Source of the DNA: Setoptus koraiensis
Taxonomy: Eukaryota; Animalia; Arthropoda
Direction: 5' to 3'
NCBI GenBank assembly: GCA_048013815.1
Contig: CM106586.1
Location: forward strand, 22,134,001-22,198,000
Length of the DNA stretch: 64,000 bases
The notes under the pieces were generated by a model that was not told the origin of the DNA, did no database searches, and saw nothing but the letters and a program-made list of their open reading frames with translations. Positions 62,844 to 64,000 of the stretch are shown piece after piece; position 1 is the stretch's first letter; every line of letters starts with the position of its first letter. A program made the translations under genes and the position numbers.

Positions 62844-64000
62844 ATGACTCCCAATATTATCAATGGTTACACAACCAATGAGGCCCCTTAATTTGGAAAA
62901 TCTGTCGGTAGCCAATGCTTTGGTCATCAAATCCGCCTTTTGGTTTTCGGTTTCGATATACTTTGGTTCGAAGAGTCCTTCAGAGTACTTCTCGCGAATG
63001 AAATGATAACGAATATCAATATGTTTGGTCTTCTGATGGAACTCTGGGTTTCTAATCAATTTGATCGCACTCTGGTTGTCGCAATAGAGAGTGGGCTTGA
63101 CATCAATTGTTATGCAAAGTTCATCAACGAATCTCTTGAGCCAAATTAGTTCTTTTACAGCATCGGTTGCAGCTACGTATTCTGATTCGGCTGTTGATAA
63201 GGCAACCGACGGTTGCTGTTGAGCTTTAAAGCTAATTGGTCCAGTATTGAGGAATGATACCATTCCACTAATTGAACGTCTTGTCTGGCGATCTGCAGCC
63301 CAATCAGCATCAGTATAGCACACAATTGCGCAATCATTACGCTGTTTATACAGTAGGCCATGGTCTTTGGTTCCACTTAAATACCGTAAGACTCTCTTAA
63401 CTCCTTGCCAATGATCATCTCGTGGAGCACTTGTGTACTTACTCAGTAGACTAAGTGTGTAGGCGATATCCGGTCGTGTTCTTAATGCACAATACATGAG
63501 GCTACCTACCGCCTCTGCATATGGTACACCTGTTAGGATTTCCTTGTCCATAGTTTCGACCTTATTCAGTGTATGTCCTGTTTCGATTGGAGTTCTTGCC
63601 GCTTTACAATCTGCCATGTTATATTTGGTCAACATCCGGTCAATATACCCTCTCTGGTTCAATAGTATCGAGCCATCTTCTAGTTGCGTAATTTCGACTC
63701 CGATGAAACATGATGAATTGACTATTCTGACTTCGAAATGTTTTGTGAGATAACCAATCAGTCGATCACATGTCTTCTGATCTTTTGCAAACACTAAACC
63801 GTCATCGACGTAAATTGAAAGGTATACGAGATCTGGTTCTGTTCGAACATAGACACAAGGATCTGAAGTTGTTTGTTTCATGTCGAATATTCTTAGCATG
63901 TCTGCAAACTTATGGTTCCAGCAGCGTGGAGCCTGCTTTAACCCGTACAGACTTTTCTTGAGTTTGCATGTGTATCCAGGTTCTAGTTTCAAACCTTCTG
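62838..64000 (-). CDS. Copia pol polyprotein, reverse transcriptase and RNase H domains (5'-partial)
   Basis: PEG..CKLKKSLYGLKQAPRCW, LSIYVDDGL (RT); YTDADWA, ALSTAESEY, CDNQSAI, KHIDIRYHFIRE, ADLMTKAL (RNase H). No stops or frameshifts; frame is open at the window edge. Confidence 0.95.
   Translation of the reverse strand, partial: EGLKLEPGYTCKLKKSLYGLKQAPRCWNHKFADMLRIFDMKQTTSDPCVYVRTEPDLVYLSIYVDDGLVFAKDQKTCDRLIGYLTKHFEVRIVNSSCFIGVEITQLEDGSILLNQRGYIDRMLTKYNMADCKAARTPIETGHTLNKVETMDKEILTGVPYAEAVGSLMYCALRTRPDIAYTLSLLSKYTSAPRDDHWQGVKRVLRYLSGTKDHGLLYKQRNDCAIVCYTDADWAADRQTRRSISGMVSFLNTGPISFKAQQQPSVALSTAESEYVAATDAVKELIWLKRFVDELCITIDVKPTLYCDNQSAIKLIRNPEFHQKTKHIDIRYHFIREKYSEGLFEPKYIETENQKADLMTKALATDRFSKLRGLIGCVTIDNIGSHE

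Larger units (their letters stand above)
62678..64000 (-). mobile_element. Ty1/copia LTR retrotransposon, 3' portion (RT, RNase H, PPT, 3' LTR); continues beyond the window
   Basis: Copia pol motifs, then a polypurine tract, then a TG...CA-bounded LTR, in canonical order. Confidence 0.95.

Overview
Eukaryotic (arthropod) genomic DNA; the gene style suggests a mite, possibly an eriophyoid, but that is inference only. Four coding units are supportable. (1) An NRF-6-like (nose resistant to fluoxetine / acyltransferase-3 family) gene on the minus strand starts at 1249 and runs off the left edge; it is missing from the ORF track. (2) A single-ORF Distal-less (Dll/Dlx-class) homeobox gene at 16618-19167 has a ~750-aa polyQ/polyH arm, an internally duplicated motif and a divergent homeodomain. 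(3) A three-exon NOL4/NOL4L-like gene on the minus strand (45916-41706) has splice sites that can be phased exactly. (4) The 3' end of a Ty1/copia LTR retrotransposon (RT-RNase H, PPT, 153-bp LTR) lies at the right edge. The remaining ~55 kb looks non-coding: GC/CpG-rich DNA full of microsatellites, short tandem arrays and exact fold-back palindromes, which explains most of the ORF-track entries as artefacts. Best leads: a ~300-bp self-folding element in NOL4 intron 1, the synonymously diverged duplicated motif and drifted homeodomain in Dll, a candidate small secreted peptide gene at ~31 kb, long perfect hairpins, and an eh1-like motif in the NOL4-like protein. I cannot establish a new biological system from the sequence alone.
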